Source of the DNA: Eledone cirrhosa
Lineage: Eukaryota
Assembly (NCBI GenBank): GCA_964016885.1
Contig: OZ024744.1
Location: forward strand, 23,994,001-24,058,000
Reading direction: 5' to 3'
Length of the DNA: 64,000 bases
How positions within the stretch are numbered: position 1 is the first letter of the stretch; the number at the start of each line of letters is the position of its first letter. Below, in pieces: positions 39,701 through 53,600 of the stretch. The notes under the pieces are model-generated. The model saw only the letters and a program-made list of their open reading frames with translations, was not told the origin of the DNA and did no database searches. The position numbers were made by a program, and so were the translations under genes.

Positions 39701-40979
39701 TGAATCTTAAGATAAAACTCGTTTTAACAAAAGTTGAATCTTAAGAACTGACTCGTTTTAACAACAGTTCAACCTTAAGAACTGACTAGTTTTAACAACA
39801 GTTTAATCTTAGAATAAAACTCGTTTTAACAACAGTTGAATCATAAGAACTGATTCGTTTTAACAACAGTTGAATCTTAAGAACTGACTCGTTTTAACAA
39901 CAGCTGAATCTTAAGATAAAACTCGTTTTAACGACAGTTGAATCTTAAGAACTGACTCGTTTTATCAACAGTTCAACCTTAAGAACTGACTCATTTTAAC
40001 AACAGTTGAATCTTCAAATAAAACTCGTTTTAACAACAGTTGAATCTTAAGAACTGATTCGTTTTAACATCAGCTGAATCTTAAGATAAACTCGTTTTAA
40101 CAACAGTTGAATCTTAAGATAAACCTCGTTTTAACAACATTTGAATCTTAAGAACTGACTCGTTTTAACAACAGCTGAATCTTAAGATAAAACTCTTTTT
40201 AACAACAGTTGAATCTTAAGAACTGATTCGTTTTATCAACAGTTCAACCTGAAGAACTGACTCGTTTTAACAACAGTTGAATCTTCAAATAAAACTCGTT
40301 TTAACAACAGTTGAATCTTAAGAACTGACTCGTTTTAACAACAGTTGAATCTTAAGATAAAACTCGTTTTAACAACAGTTGAATCTTAAGAACTGACTCG
40401 TTTTAACAACAGGTGAATCTTAAGAACCGACTGGTTTTAACAACAGTTGAATCTTAAATAAAACTCGTTTTAACAAAGGTTGAATATTAGGAACTGACTC
40501 GTTTTAAACAACAGTTGAATCTTAAGATAAAATTCGTTTTAACAACAGTTGAATCTTAAGAACTGACTCGTTTTAACAACAGTTGAATCTTAAGAACTGA
40601 CTGGTTTTAACAACAGATGAATCTTAAGAACTGACTCGTTTTAACAACAGTTCAACCTTAAGAACTGACTAGTTTTAACAACAGTTGAATCTCAAGAACT
40701 GACTCGTTTTAACAACAGTTGAATCTTGAGATAAAACTCGTTTTAACAACAGTTGAATCTTAAGAAATGACTCGTTTTAATAACAGTTGAATCTTAGGAA
40801 CTGACTCGTTTTAACAACAGTTCAACCTGAAGAACTGACTAGTTTTAACAACAGTTTAATCTTAGAATAAAATTCGTTTTAACAACAGTTGAATCTTAAG
40901 AACTGACTCGTTTTAACAAAAGTTGAATCTTACGAACTGACTCGTTTTAACAATAGTTGTCTCTTAAGATAAAACTCGT

Positions 40980-43900
40980 TTTAACAACAGTTGAATTTTA
41001 AAACTGACTCGTTTTAACAACAGTTCTAACTTAAGAACTGATTCGTTTTAACAACAGTTGAATCTTAAAATAAAATTCGTTTAACAACAGTTGAATCTTA
41101 AGAACTGGCTCGTTTTAACATCACATGTATATTATGATAAAACTCGTTTTAACAACAGCTGTATCTTAAGAACTGACTCGATATAACAACAGTTGAATCT
41201 TAAGAACTACCTAGTTTTAACAACAGTTGAATGTTAAGAACTGACTCGTTTTAACAACAGTTCAATCTTAAGATAAAACTGATTATAACAACAGTTGCAT
41301 CTTAAGAACTGACTTGTTTTAACAACAGTTGAATCTGAAGAACTGAGTCGTTTTAACAACAGTTGAATCTGAAGATAAAACTCGTTTAACAACAGTTGAA
41401 TCTTAAGAACTGACTCGTTTTAACGACAGATGAATCTTATGATAAAACTCGTTTTAACAACAGTTGAATCTTCAAATTAAACTCGTTTTAACAACAGTTG
41501 AATCATAAGAACTGATTCGTTTTAACAACAGTTGAATCTTAAGATAAAACTCATTTTAACAACAGTTGAATCTTAAGATAAAACTCGTTTTAACAACAGT
41601 TGAATTTTAAAACTGACTCGTTTTAACAACAGTTCAAACTTAAGAACTGATTCGTTTTAATAACAGTTGAATCTTCAAATAAAACTCGTTTTAACAACAG
41701 TTGAATCTTAAGAACTGATTCGTTTTAACAACAGCTGAATCTTAAGATAAACTCGTTTTAACAACAGTTGAATCTTAAGATAAACCTCGTTTTAACAACA
41801 TTTGAATCTTAAGAACTGACTCGTTTTAACAACAGCTGCATCTTAAGATAAAACTCGTTTTAACAACAGTTAAATCTTAAGAACTGAATCGTTTTATCAA
41901 CAGTTCAACCTGAAGAACTGACTCGTTTTAACAACAGTTGAATCTTTAAATAAAACTCGTTTTAACAACAGTTGAATCTTAAGAACTGACTCGTTTTAAC
42001 AACAGTTGAATCTTAAGATAAAACTCGTTTTAACAACAGCTGAATCTTAAGATAAAACTCGTTTTAACAACAGTTGAATCTTAAGAACTGACTCGTTTTA
42101 ACAACAGGTGGATCTTAAGAACTGACTGGTTTTAACAACAGTTGAATCTTAAATAAAACTCGTTTTAACAAAGGTTGAATATTAAAAACTGACTCGTTTT
42201 AAACAACAGTTGAATCTTAAGATAAAATTCGTTTTAACAAAAGTTGAATCTTACGAACTGACTCGTTTTAACAATAGTTGTCTCTTAAGATAAAACTCGT
42301 TTTAACAACAGTTGAATTTTAAAACTGACTCGTTTTAACAACAGTTCAAACTTAAGAACTGATTCGTTTTAACAACAGTTGAATCTTAAAGTAAAATTCG
42401 TTTAACAACAGTTGAATCTTAAGGACTGGCTCGTTTTAACATCACATGTATATTATGATAAAACTCGTTTTAACAACAGCTGTATCTTAAGAACTGACTC
42501 GATATAACAACAGTTGAATCTTAAGAACTACCTCGTTTTAACAACAGTTGAATGTTAAGAACTGACTCGTTTTAACAACAGTTCAATCTTAAGATAAAAC
42601 TGACTATAACAACAGTTGCCTCTTAAGAACTGACTTGTTTTAACAACAGTTGGATCTTAAGAACTGACTCGTTTTAACGACAGATGAATCTTATGATAAA
42701 ACTCGTTTTAACAACAATTGAATCTTAAGAACTGATTCGTTTTAACAACAGTTGAATGTTAAGATTAAACTAGTTTTAACAACAGTTGAATCTTAAGAAC
42801 TGACTCGTTTTAACAACAGTTGAAACTTCAAATAAAACTCGTTTTAACAACAGTTGAATCTTAAGAACTGACTCATTTTAACAACAGTTCAATCTTAAGA
42901 ACTGATTCGTTTTAACAACAGTTGAATCTTAAGATAAAACTAGTTTTAATAACTGTTGAATCTTAAGATAAAACTCGTTTTAACAAGAGTTGAATCTTAA
43001 GAACTGACTCGTTTTAACAACAGTTGAATCTTAAATAAAACTCGTTTTAACAACAGTTGAATCTTAAGAACTGACTCGTTTTAACAACAGTTGAATCTTA
43101 AGAACTGACTGGTTTTAACAACAGATGAATCTCAAGAACTGACTCGTTTTAACAACAGTTCAACCTTAAGAACTGACTAGTTTTAACAACAGTTGAATCT
43201 CAAGAACTGACTCGTTTTAACAACAGTTGAATCTTAAGATAAAACTCGTTTTAACAACAGTTGAATCTTAAGAAATGACTCGTTTTAATAACAGTTGAAT
43301 CTTAAGAACTGACTCGTTTTAACAACAGTTCAACCTTAAGAACTGACTCGTTGTAACAACAGTTGAAACTTCAAATAAAACTCGTTTTAACCACAGTTGA
43401 ATCTTAAGAACTGAATCATTTTAACAACAGTTGAATCTTAAGAACTGACTCGTGTTAACAACAATTGAATCTTAAGATAAAACTCGTTTTAACAAAAGTT
43501 GAATCTTAAGAACTGACTCGTTTTAACAACAGTTCAGCCTTAAGAACTGACTAGTTTTAACAACAGTTTAATCTTAGAATAAAACTCGTTTTAACAACAG
43601 TTGAATCATAAGAACTGATTCGTTTTAACAACAGTTGAATCTTAAGATAAAACTCGTTTTAACAAAAATTGAATCTTAAGAACTGACTCGTTTTAACAAC
43701 GGCTGAATCTTAAGATAAAACTCGTTTTAACGACAGTTGAATCTTAAGAACTGACTCGTTTTATCAACAGTTCAACCTTAAGAACTGACTCATTTTAACA
43801 ACAGTTGAATCTTCAAATAAAACTCGTTTTAACAACAGTTGAATCTTAAGAACTGAATCGTTTTAACATCAGCTGAATCTTAAGATAAACTCGTTTTAAC

Positions 43901-46780
43901 AACAGTTGAATTTTAAAACTGACTCGTTTTAACAACAGTTCTAACTTAAGAACTGATTCGTTTTAACAACAGTTGAATCTTAAAATAAAATTCGTTTAAC
44001 AACAGTTGAATCTTAAGAACTGGCTCGTTTTAACATCACATGTATATTATGATAAAACTCGTTTTAACAACAGCTGTATCTTAAGAACTGACTCGATATA
44101 ACAACAGTTGAATCTTAAGAACTACCTAGTTTTAACAACAGTTGAATGTTAAGAACTGACTCGTTTTAACAACAGTTCAATCTTAAGATAAAACTGATTA
44201 TAACAACAGTTGCATCTTAAGAACTGACTTGTTTTAACAACAGTTGAATCTGAAGAACTGAGTCGTTTTAACAACAGTTGAATCTGAAGATAAAACTCGT
44301 TTAACAACAGTTGAATCTTAAGAACTGACTCGTTTTAACGACAGATGAATCTTATGATAAAACTCGTTTTAACAACAGTTGAATCTTCAAATTAAACTCG
44401 TTTTAACAACAGTTGAATCATAAGAACTGATTCGTTTTAACAACAGTTGAATCTTAAGATAAAACTCATTTTAACAACAGTTGAATCTTAAGATAAAACT
44501 CGTTTTAACAACAGTTGAATTTTAAAACTGACTCGTTTTAACAACAGTTCAAACTTAAGAACTGATTCGTTTTAATAACAGTTGAATCTTCAAATAAAAC
44601 TCGTTTTAACAACAGTTGAATCTTAAGAACTGATTCGTTTTAACAACAGCTGAATCTTAAGATAAACTCGTTTTAACAACAGTTGAATCTTAAGATAAAC
44701 CTCGTTTTAACAACATTTGAATCTTAAGAACTGACTCGTTTTAACAACAGCTGCATCTTAAGATAAAACTCGTTTTAACAACAGTTAAATCTTAAGAACT
44801 GAATCGTTTTATCAACAGTTCAACCTGAAGAACTGACTCGTTTTAACAACAGTTGAATCTTTAAATAAAACTCGTTTTAACAACAGTTGAATCTTAAGAA
44901 CTGACTCGTTTTAACAACAGTTGAATCTTAAGATAAAACTCGTTTTAACAACAGCTGAATCTTAAGATAAAACTCGTTTTAACAACAGTTGAATCTTAAG
45001 AACTGACTCGTTTTAACAACAGGTGGATCTTAAGAACTGACTGGTTTTAACAACAGTTGAATCTTAAATAAAACTCGTTTTAACAAAGGTTGAATATTAA
45101 AAACTGACTCGTTTTAAACAACAGTTGAATCTTAAGATAAAATTCGTTTTAACAAAAGTTGAATCTTACGAACTGACTCGTTTTAACAATAGTTGTCTCT
45201 TAAGATAAAACTCGTTTTAACAACAGTTGAATTTTAAAACTGACTCGTTTTAACAACAGTTCAAACTTAAGAACTGATTCGTTTTAACAACAGTTGAATC
45301 TTAAAGTAAAATTCGTTTAACAACAGTTGAATCTTAAGGACTGGCTCGTTTTAACATCACATGTATATTATGATAAAACTCGTTTTAACAACAGCTGTAT
45401 CTTAAGAACTGACTCGATATAACAACAGTTGAATCTTAAGAACTACCTCGTTTTAACAACAGTTGAATGTTAAGAACTGACTCGTTTTAACAACAGTTCA
45501 ATCTTAAGATAAAACTGACTATAACAACAGTTGCCTCTTAAGAACTGACTTGTTTTAACAACAGTTGGATCTTAAGAACTGACTCGTTTTAACGACAGAT
45601 GAATCTTATGATAAAACTCGTTTTAACAACAATTGAATCTTAAGAACTGATTCGTTTTAACAACAGTTGAATGTTAAGATTAAACTAGTTTTAACAAAAG
45701 TTGAATCTTAAGAACTGACTCGTTTTAACAACAGTTGAAACTTCAAATAAAACTCGTTTTAACAACAGTTGAATCTTAAGAACTGACTCATTTTAACAAC
45801 AGTTCAATCTTAAGAACTGATTCGTTTTAACAACAGTTGAATCTTAAGATAAAACTAGTTTTAACAAGAGTTGAATCTTAAGAACTGACTCGTTTTAACA
45901 ACAGTTGAATCTTAAATAAAACTCGTTTTAACAACAGTTGAATCTTAAGAACTGACTCGTTTTAACAACAGTTGAATCTTAAGAACTGACTGGTTTTAAC
46001 AACAGATGAATCTCAAGAACTGACTCGTTTTAACAACAGTTCAACCTTAAGAACTGACTAGTTTTAACAACAGTTGAATCTCAAGAACTGACTCGTTTTA
46101 ACAACAGTTGAATCTTAAGATAAAACTCGTTTTAACAACAGTTGAATCTTAAGAAATGACTCGTTTTAATAACAGTTGAATCTTAAGAACTGACTCGTTT
46201 TAACAACAGTTCAACCTTAAGAACTGACTCGTTGTAACAACAGTTGAAACTTCAAATAAAACTCGTTTTAACCACAGTTGAATCTTAAGAACTGAATCAT
46301 TTTAACAACAGTTGAATCTTAAGAACTGACTCGTGTTAACAACAATTGAATCTTAAGATAAAACTCGTTTTAACAAAAGTTGAATCTTAAGAACTGACTC
46401 GTTTTAACAACAGTTCAGCCTTAAGAACTGACTAGTTTTAACAACAGTTTAATCTTAGAATAAAACTCGTTTTAACAACAGTTGAATCATAAGAACTGAT
46501 TCGTTTTAACAACAGTTGAATCTTAAGATAAAACTCGTTTTAACAAAAATTGAATCTTAAGAACTGACTCGTTTTAACAACGGCTGAATCTTAAGATAAA
46601 ACTCGTTTTAACGACAGTTGAATCTTAAGAACTGACTCGTTTTATCAACAGTTCAACCTTAAGAACTGACTCATTTTAACAACAGTTGAATCTTCAAATA
46701 AAACTCGTTTTAACAACAGTTGAATCTTAAGAACTGAATCGTTTTAACATCAGCTGAATCTTAAGATAAACTCGTTTTAA
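40980..46780. repeat. Tandem duplication with offset 2915, then 2881 after loss of one monomer
   Basis: GAGTCG pairs as 41345/44260, markers as 41119/44034 and 42440/45355, and AGTTCAGCCT as 43531/46412. Confidence 0.88.
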
Positions 46781-49700
46781 CAACAGTTGAATCTTAAGAT
46801 AAATCTCGTTTTAACAACATTTGAATCTTAAGAACTGACTCGTTTTAACAACAGCTGAATCTTAAGATAAAACTCGTTTTAACAACAGTTAAATCTTAAG
46901 AACTGACTCGTTTTATCAACAGTTCAACCTGAAGAACTGACTCGTTTTAACAACAGTTGAATCTTAAGAACTGACTCGTTTTAACAACAGGTGAATCTTA
47001 AGAACTGACTGGTTTTAACAACAGTTGAATCTTAAATAAAACTCGTTTTAACAAAGGTTGAATATTAAGAACTGACTCGTTTTAAACAACAGTTGAATCT
47101 TAAGATAAAATTCGTTTTAACAACAGTTGAATCTTAAGAACTGATTCGTTTTAACAACAGTTCAACCTAAGAACAGACTCGTTTTAACAACAGTTGAATC
47201 TTAAATAAAACGTGTTTTAACAACAGTTGAATCTTAAGAACTGACTCGTTTTAACAACAGTTGAATCTTAAGAACTGACTGGTTTTAACAACAGATGAAT
47301 CTTAAGAACTGACTCGTTTTAACAACAGTTCAACCTGAAGAACTGACTCGTTGTAACAACAGTTGAAACTTCAAATAAAACTCGTTTTAACCACAGTTGA
47401 ATCTTAAGAACTGAATCATTTTAACAACAGTTGAATCTTAAGAACTGACTCGTGTTAACAACAATTGAATCTTCAGATAAAACTCGTTTTAACAAAAGTT
47501 GAATCTTAAGAACTGACTCGTTTTAACAACAGTTCAACCTTAAGAACTGACTAGTTTTAACAACAGTTTAATCTCAGAATAAAATTCGTTTTAACAACAG
47601 TTGAATCTTAAGAACTGACTCGTTTTAACAAAAGTTGAATCTTACGAACTGACTCGTTTTAACAATAGATGTCTCTTAAGATAAAACTCGTTTTAACAAC
47701 AGTTGAATTTTAAAACTAACTCGTTTTAACAACAGTTCAAACTTAAGAACTGATTCGTTTTAACAACAGTTGAATCTTAAAATAAAATTCGTTTAACAAC
47801 AGTTGAATCTTAAGAACTGGCTCGTTTTAACATCACATGTATATTATGATAAAACTCGTTTTAACAACAGCTGTATCTTAAGAGCTGACTCGATATAACA
47901 ACAGTTGAATCTTAAGAACTACCTAGTTTTAACAACAGTTGAATGTTAAGAACTGACTCGTTTTAACAACAGTTCAATCTTAAGATAAAACTGATTATAA
48001 CAACAGTTGCATCTTAAGAACAGAGATTGTTTTAACAACAGTTGAATCTGAAGAACTGACTCGTTTTAACAACAGTTGAATCTGAAGATAAAACTCGTTT
48101 AACAACAGTTGAATCTTAAGAACTGACTCGTTTTAACGACAGATGAATCTTATGATAAAACTCGTTTTAACAACAATAGAATCTTAAGAACTGATTCGTT
48201 TTAACAACAGTTGAATCTTAAGATAAAACTAGTTTTAACAACAGTTGAATCTTAAGATAAAACTAGTTTTAACAACAGTTGAATCTTAAGAACTGACTCG
48301 TTTTAACAACAGTTGAAACTTCAAATAAAACTCGTTTTAACAACAGTTGAATCTTAAGAACTGACTCATTTTAACAACAGTTCAATCTTAAGAACTGATT
48401 CGTTTTAACAACAGTTGAATCTTAAGATAAAACTAGTTTTAATAACTGTTGAATCTTAAGATAAAACTCGTTTTAACAAGAGTTGAATCTTAAGAACTGA
48501 CTCGTTTTAACAACAGTTGAATCTTAATTAAAACTCGTTTTAACAACAGTTGAATCTTAAGAACTGCCTCGTTTTATCAACAGTACAACCTTAAGAACTG
48601 ACTCGTTTTAACAACAGTTGAATCTTCAAATAAAACTCGTTTTAACAACAGTTGAATCTTAAGAACTGACTCGTTTTAACAACAGTTGAATCTTAAGATA
48701 AAACTCGTTTTAACAACAGTTGAATCTTAAGAACTGACTCGTTTTAACAACAGATGAATCTTAAGATCAAACTCGTTTTAACAACAGTTGAATCTTAAGA
48801 ACTGACTCGTTTTAACAACAGCTGAATCTTAAGATAAAACTCGTTTTAACGACAGTTGAATCTTAAGAACTGACTCGTTTTATCAACAGTTCAACCTTAA
48901 GAACTGACTCATTTTAACAACAGTTGAATCTTCAAATAAAACTCGTTTTAACAACAGTTGAATCTTAAGAACTGATTCGTTTTAACATCAGCTGAATCTT
49001 AAGATAAACTCGTTTTAACAACAGTTGAATCTTAAGATAAACCTCGTTTTAACAACATTTGAATCTTAAGAACTGACTCGTTTTAACAACAGCTGAATCT
49101 TAAGATAAAACTCTTTTTAACAACAGTTGAATCTTAAGAACTGACTCGTTTTATCAACAGTTCAACCTGAAGAACTGACTCGTTTTAACAACAGTTGAAT
49201 CTTCAAATAAAACTCGTTTGAACAACAGTTGAATCTTAAGAACTGACTCGTTTTAACAACAGTTGAATCTTAAGATAAAACTCGTTTTAACAACAGTTCA
49301 ATCTTAAGAACTGACTCGTTTTAACAACAGGTGAATCTTAAGAACTGACTGGTTTTAACAACAGTTGAATCTTAAATAAAACTCGTTTTAACAAAGGTTG
49401 AATATTAAGAACTGACTCGTTTTAAACAACAGTTGAATCTTAAGATAAAATTCGTTTTAACAACAGTTGAATCTTAAGAACTGATTCGTTTTAACAACAG
49501 TTCAACCTAAGAACAGACTCGTTTTAACAACAGTTGAATCTTAAATAAAACTCGTTTTAACAACAGTTGAATCTTAAGAACTGACTCGTTTTAACAACAG
49601 TTGAATCTTAAGAACTGACTGGTTTTAACAACAGATGAATCTTAAGAACTGACTCGTTTTAACAACAGTTCAACCTTAAGAACTGACTAGTTTTAACAAC

Positions 49701-50619
49701 AGTTGAATCTCAAGAACTGACTCGTTTTAACAACAGATGAATCTTGAGATAAAACTCGTTTTAACAACAGTTGAATCTTAAGAAATGACTCGTTTTAATA
49801 ACAGTTGAATCTTAAGAACTGACTCGTTTTAACAACAGTTCAACCTGAAGAACAGACTCGTTGTAACAACAGTTGAAACTTCAAATAAAACTCGTTTTAA
49901 CCACAGTTGAATCTTAAGAACTGAATCATTTTAACAACAGTTGAATCTTAAGAACTGACTCGTGTTAACAACAATTGAATCTTAAGATAAAACTCGTTTT
50001 AACAAAAGTTGAATCTTAAGAACTGACTCGTTTTAACAACAGTTCAACCTTAAGAACTGACTAGTTTTAACAACAGTTTAATCTTAGAATAAAATTCGTT
50101 TTAACAACAGTTGAATCTTAAGAACTGACTCGTTTTAACAAAAGTTGAATCTTACGAACTGACTCGTTTTAACAATAGTTGTCTCTTAAGATAAAACTCG
50201 TTTTAACAACAGTTGAATTTTAAAACTGACTCGTTTTAACAACAGTTCTAACTTAAGAACTGATTCGTTTTAACAACAGTTGAATCTTAAAATAAAATTC
50301 GTTTAACAACAGTTGAATCTTAAGAACTGGCTCGTTTTAACATCACATGCATATTATGATAAAACTCGTTTTAACAACAGCTGTATCTTAAGAACTGACT
50401 CGATATAACAACAGTTGAACCTTAAGATCTACCTAGTTTTAACAACAGTTGAATGTTAAGAACTGACTCGTTTTAACAACAGTTCAATCTTAAGATAAAA
50501 CTGATTATAACAACAGTTGCATCTTAAGAACTGACTTGTTTTAACAACAGTTGAATCTGAAGAACTGACTCGTTTTAACAACAGTTGAATCTGAAGATAA
50601 AACTCGTTTAACAACAGTT

Positions 50620-53600
50620 GAATCTTAAGAACTGACTCGTTTTAACGACAGATGAATCTTATGATAAAACTCGTTTTAACAACAGTTGAATCTTCAAATT
50701 AAACTCTTTTTAATAACAGTTGAATCATAAGAACTGATTCGTTTTAACAACAGTTGAATCTTAAGATAAAACTCATTTTAACAACAGTTGAATCTTAAGA
50801 TAAAACTCGTTTTAACAACAGTTGAATCTTAAGAACTGACTCGTTTTAATAACAGTTGAATCTTCAAATAAAACTCGTTTTAACAACAGTTGAATCTTAA
50901 GAACTGATTCGTTTTAACAACAGCTGAATCTTAAGATAAACTCGTTTTAACAACAGTTGAATCTTAAGATAAACCTCGTTTTAACAACATTTGAATCTTA
51001 AGAACTGACTCGTTTTAACAACAGCTGCATCTTAAGATAAAACTCGTTTTAACAACAGTTGAATCTTAAGAACTGACTCGTTTTATCAACAGTTCAACCT
51101 GAAGAATTACTCGTTTTAACAACAGTTGAATCTTCAAATAAAACTCGTTTTAACAACAGTTGAATCTTAAGAACTGACTCGTTTTAACAACAGTTGAATC
51201 TTAAGATAAAACTCGTTTTAACAACAGCTGAATCTTAAGATAAAACTCGTTTTAACAACAGTTGAATCTTAAGAACTGACTCGTTTTAACAACAGGTGAA
51301 TCTTAAGAACTGACTGGTTTTAACAACAGTTGAATCTTAAATAAAACTCGTTTTAACAAAGGTTGAATATTAAGAACTGACTCGTTTTAAACAACAGTTG
51401 AATCTTAAGATAAAATTCGTTTTAACAAAAGTTGAATCTTACGAACTGACTCGTTTTAACAATAGTTGTCTCTTAAGATAAAACTCGTTTTAACAACAGT
51501 TGAATCTTAAGAACTGACTCGTTTTAACGACAGATGAATCTTATGATAAAACTCGTTTTAACAACAATTGAATCTTAAGAACTGATTCGTTTTAACAACA
51601 GTTGAATCTTAAGATAAAACTAGTTTTAACAACAGTTGAATCTTAAGAACTGACTCGTTTTAACAACAGTTGAAACTTCAAATAAAACTCGTTTTAACAA
51701 CAGTTGAATCTTAAGAACTGACTCATTTTAACAACAGTTCAATCTTAAGAACTGATTCGTTTTAACAACAGTTGAATCTTAAGATAAAACTAGTTTTAAT
51801 AACTGTTGAATCTTAAGATAAAACTCGTTTTAACAAGAGTTGAATCTTAAGAACTGACTCGTTTTAACAACAGTTGAATCTTAAATAAAACTCGTTTTAA
51901 CAACAGTTGAATCTTAAGAACTGACTCGTTTTAACAACAGTTGAATCTTAAGAACTGACTGGTTTTAACAACAGATGAATCTTAAGAACTGACTCGTTTT
52001 AACAACAGTTCAACCTTAAGAACTGACTAGTTTTAACAACAGTTGAATCTCAAGAACTGACTCGTTTTAACAACAGTTGAATCTTAAGATAAAACTCGTT
52101 TTAACAACAGTTGAATCTTAAGAAATGACTCGTTTTAATAACAGTTGAATCTTAAGAACTGACTCGTTTTAACAACAGTTCAACCTAAAGAACTGACTCG
52201 TTGTAACAACAGTTGAAACTTCAAATGAAACTCGTTTTAACCACAGTTGAATCTTAAGAACTGAATCATTTTAACAACAGTTGAATCTTAAGAACTGACT
52301 CGTGTTAACAACAATTGAATCTTAAGATAAAACTCGTTTTAACAAAAGTTGAATCTTAAGAACTGACTCGTTTTAACAACAGTTCAACCTTAAGAACTGA
52401 CTAGTTTTAACAACAGTTTAATCTTAGAATAAAACTCGTTTTAACAACAGTTGAATCATAAGAACTGATTCGTTTTAACAACAGTTGAATCTTAAGAACT
52501 GACTCGTTTTAACAACAGCTGAATCTTAAGATAAAACTCGTTTTAACGACAGTTGAATCTTAAGAACTGACTCGTTTCATCAACAGTTCAACCTTAAGAA
52601 CTGACTCATTTTAACAACAGTTGAATCTTCAAATAAAACTCGTTTTAACAACAGTTGAATCTTAAGAACTGATTCGTTTTAACATCAGCTGAATCTTAAG
52701 ATAAACTCGTTTTAACAACAGTTGAATCTTAAGATAAACCTCGTTTTAACAACATTTGAATCTTAAGAACTGACTCGTTTTAACAACAGCTGAATCTTAA
52801 GATAAAACTCTTTTTAACAACAGTTGAATCTTAAGAACTGACTCGTTTTATCAACAGTTCAACCTGAAGAACTGACTCGTTTTAACAACAGTTGAATCTT
52901 CAAATAAAACTCGTTTTAACAACAGTTGAATCTTAAGAACTGACTCGTTTTAACAACAGTTGAATCTTAAGATAAAACTCGTTTTAACAACAGTTGAATC
53001 TTAAGAACTGACTCGTTTTAACAACAGGTGAATCTTAAGAACTGACTGGTTTTAACAACAGTTGAATCTTAAATAAAACTCGTTTTAACAAAGGTTGAAT
53101 ATTAGGAACTGACTCGTTTTAAACAACAGTTGAATCTTAAGATAAAATTCGTTTTAATAACAGTTGAATCATAAGAACTGATTCGTTTTAACAACAGTTG
53201 AATCTTAAGATAAAACTCATTTTAACAACAGATGAATCTTAAGATAAAACTCGTTTTAACAACAGTTGAATCTTAAGAACTGACTCGTTTTAATAACAGT
53301 TGAATCTTCAAATAAAACTCGTTTTAACAACAGTTGAATCTTAAGAACTGATTCGTTTTAACAACAGCTGAATCTTAAGATAAACTCGTTTTAACAACAG
53401 TTGAATCTTAAGATAAACCTCGTTTTAACAACATTTGAATCTTAAGAACTGACTCGTTTTAACAACAGCTGCATCTTAAGATAAAACTCGTTTTAACAAC
53501 AGTTGAATCTTAAGAACTGACTCGTTTTATCAACAGTTCAACCTGAAGAATTACTCGTTTTAACAACAGTTGAATCTTCAAATAAAACTCGTTTTAACAA

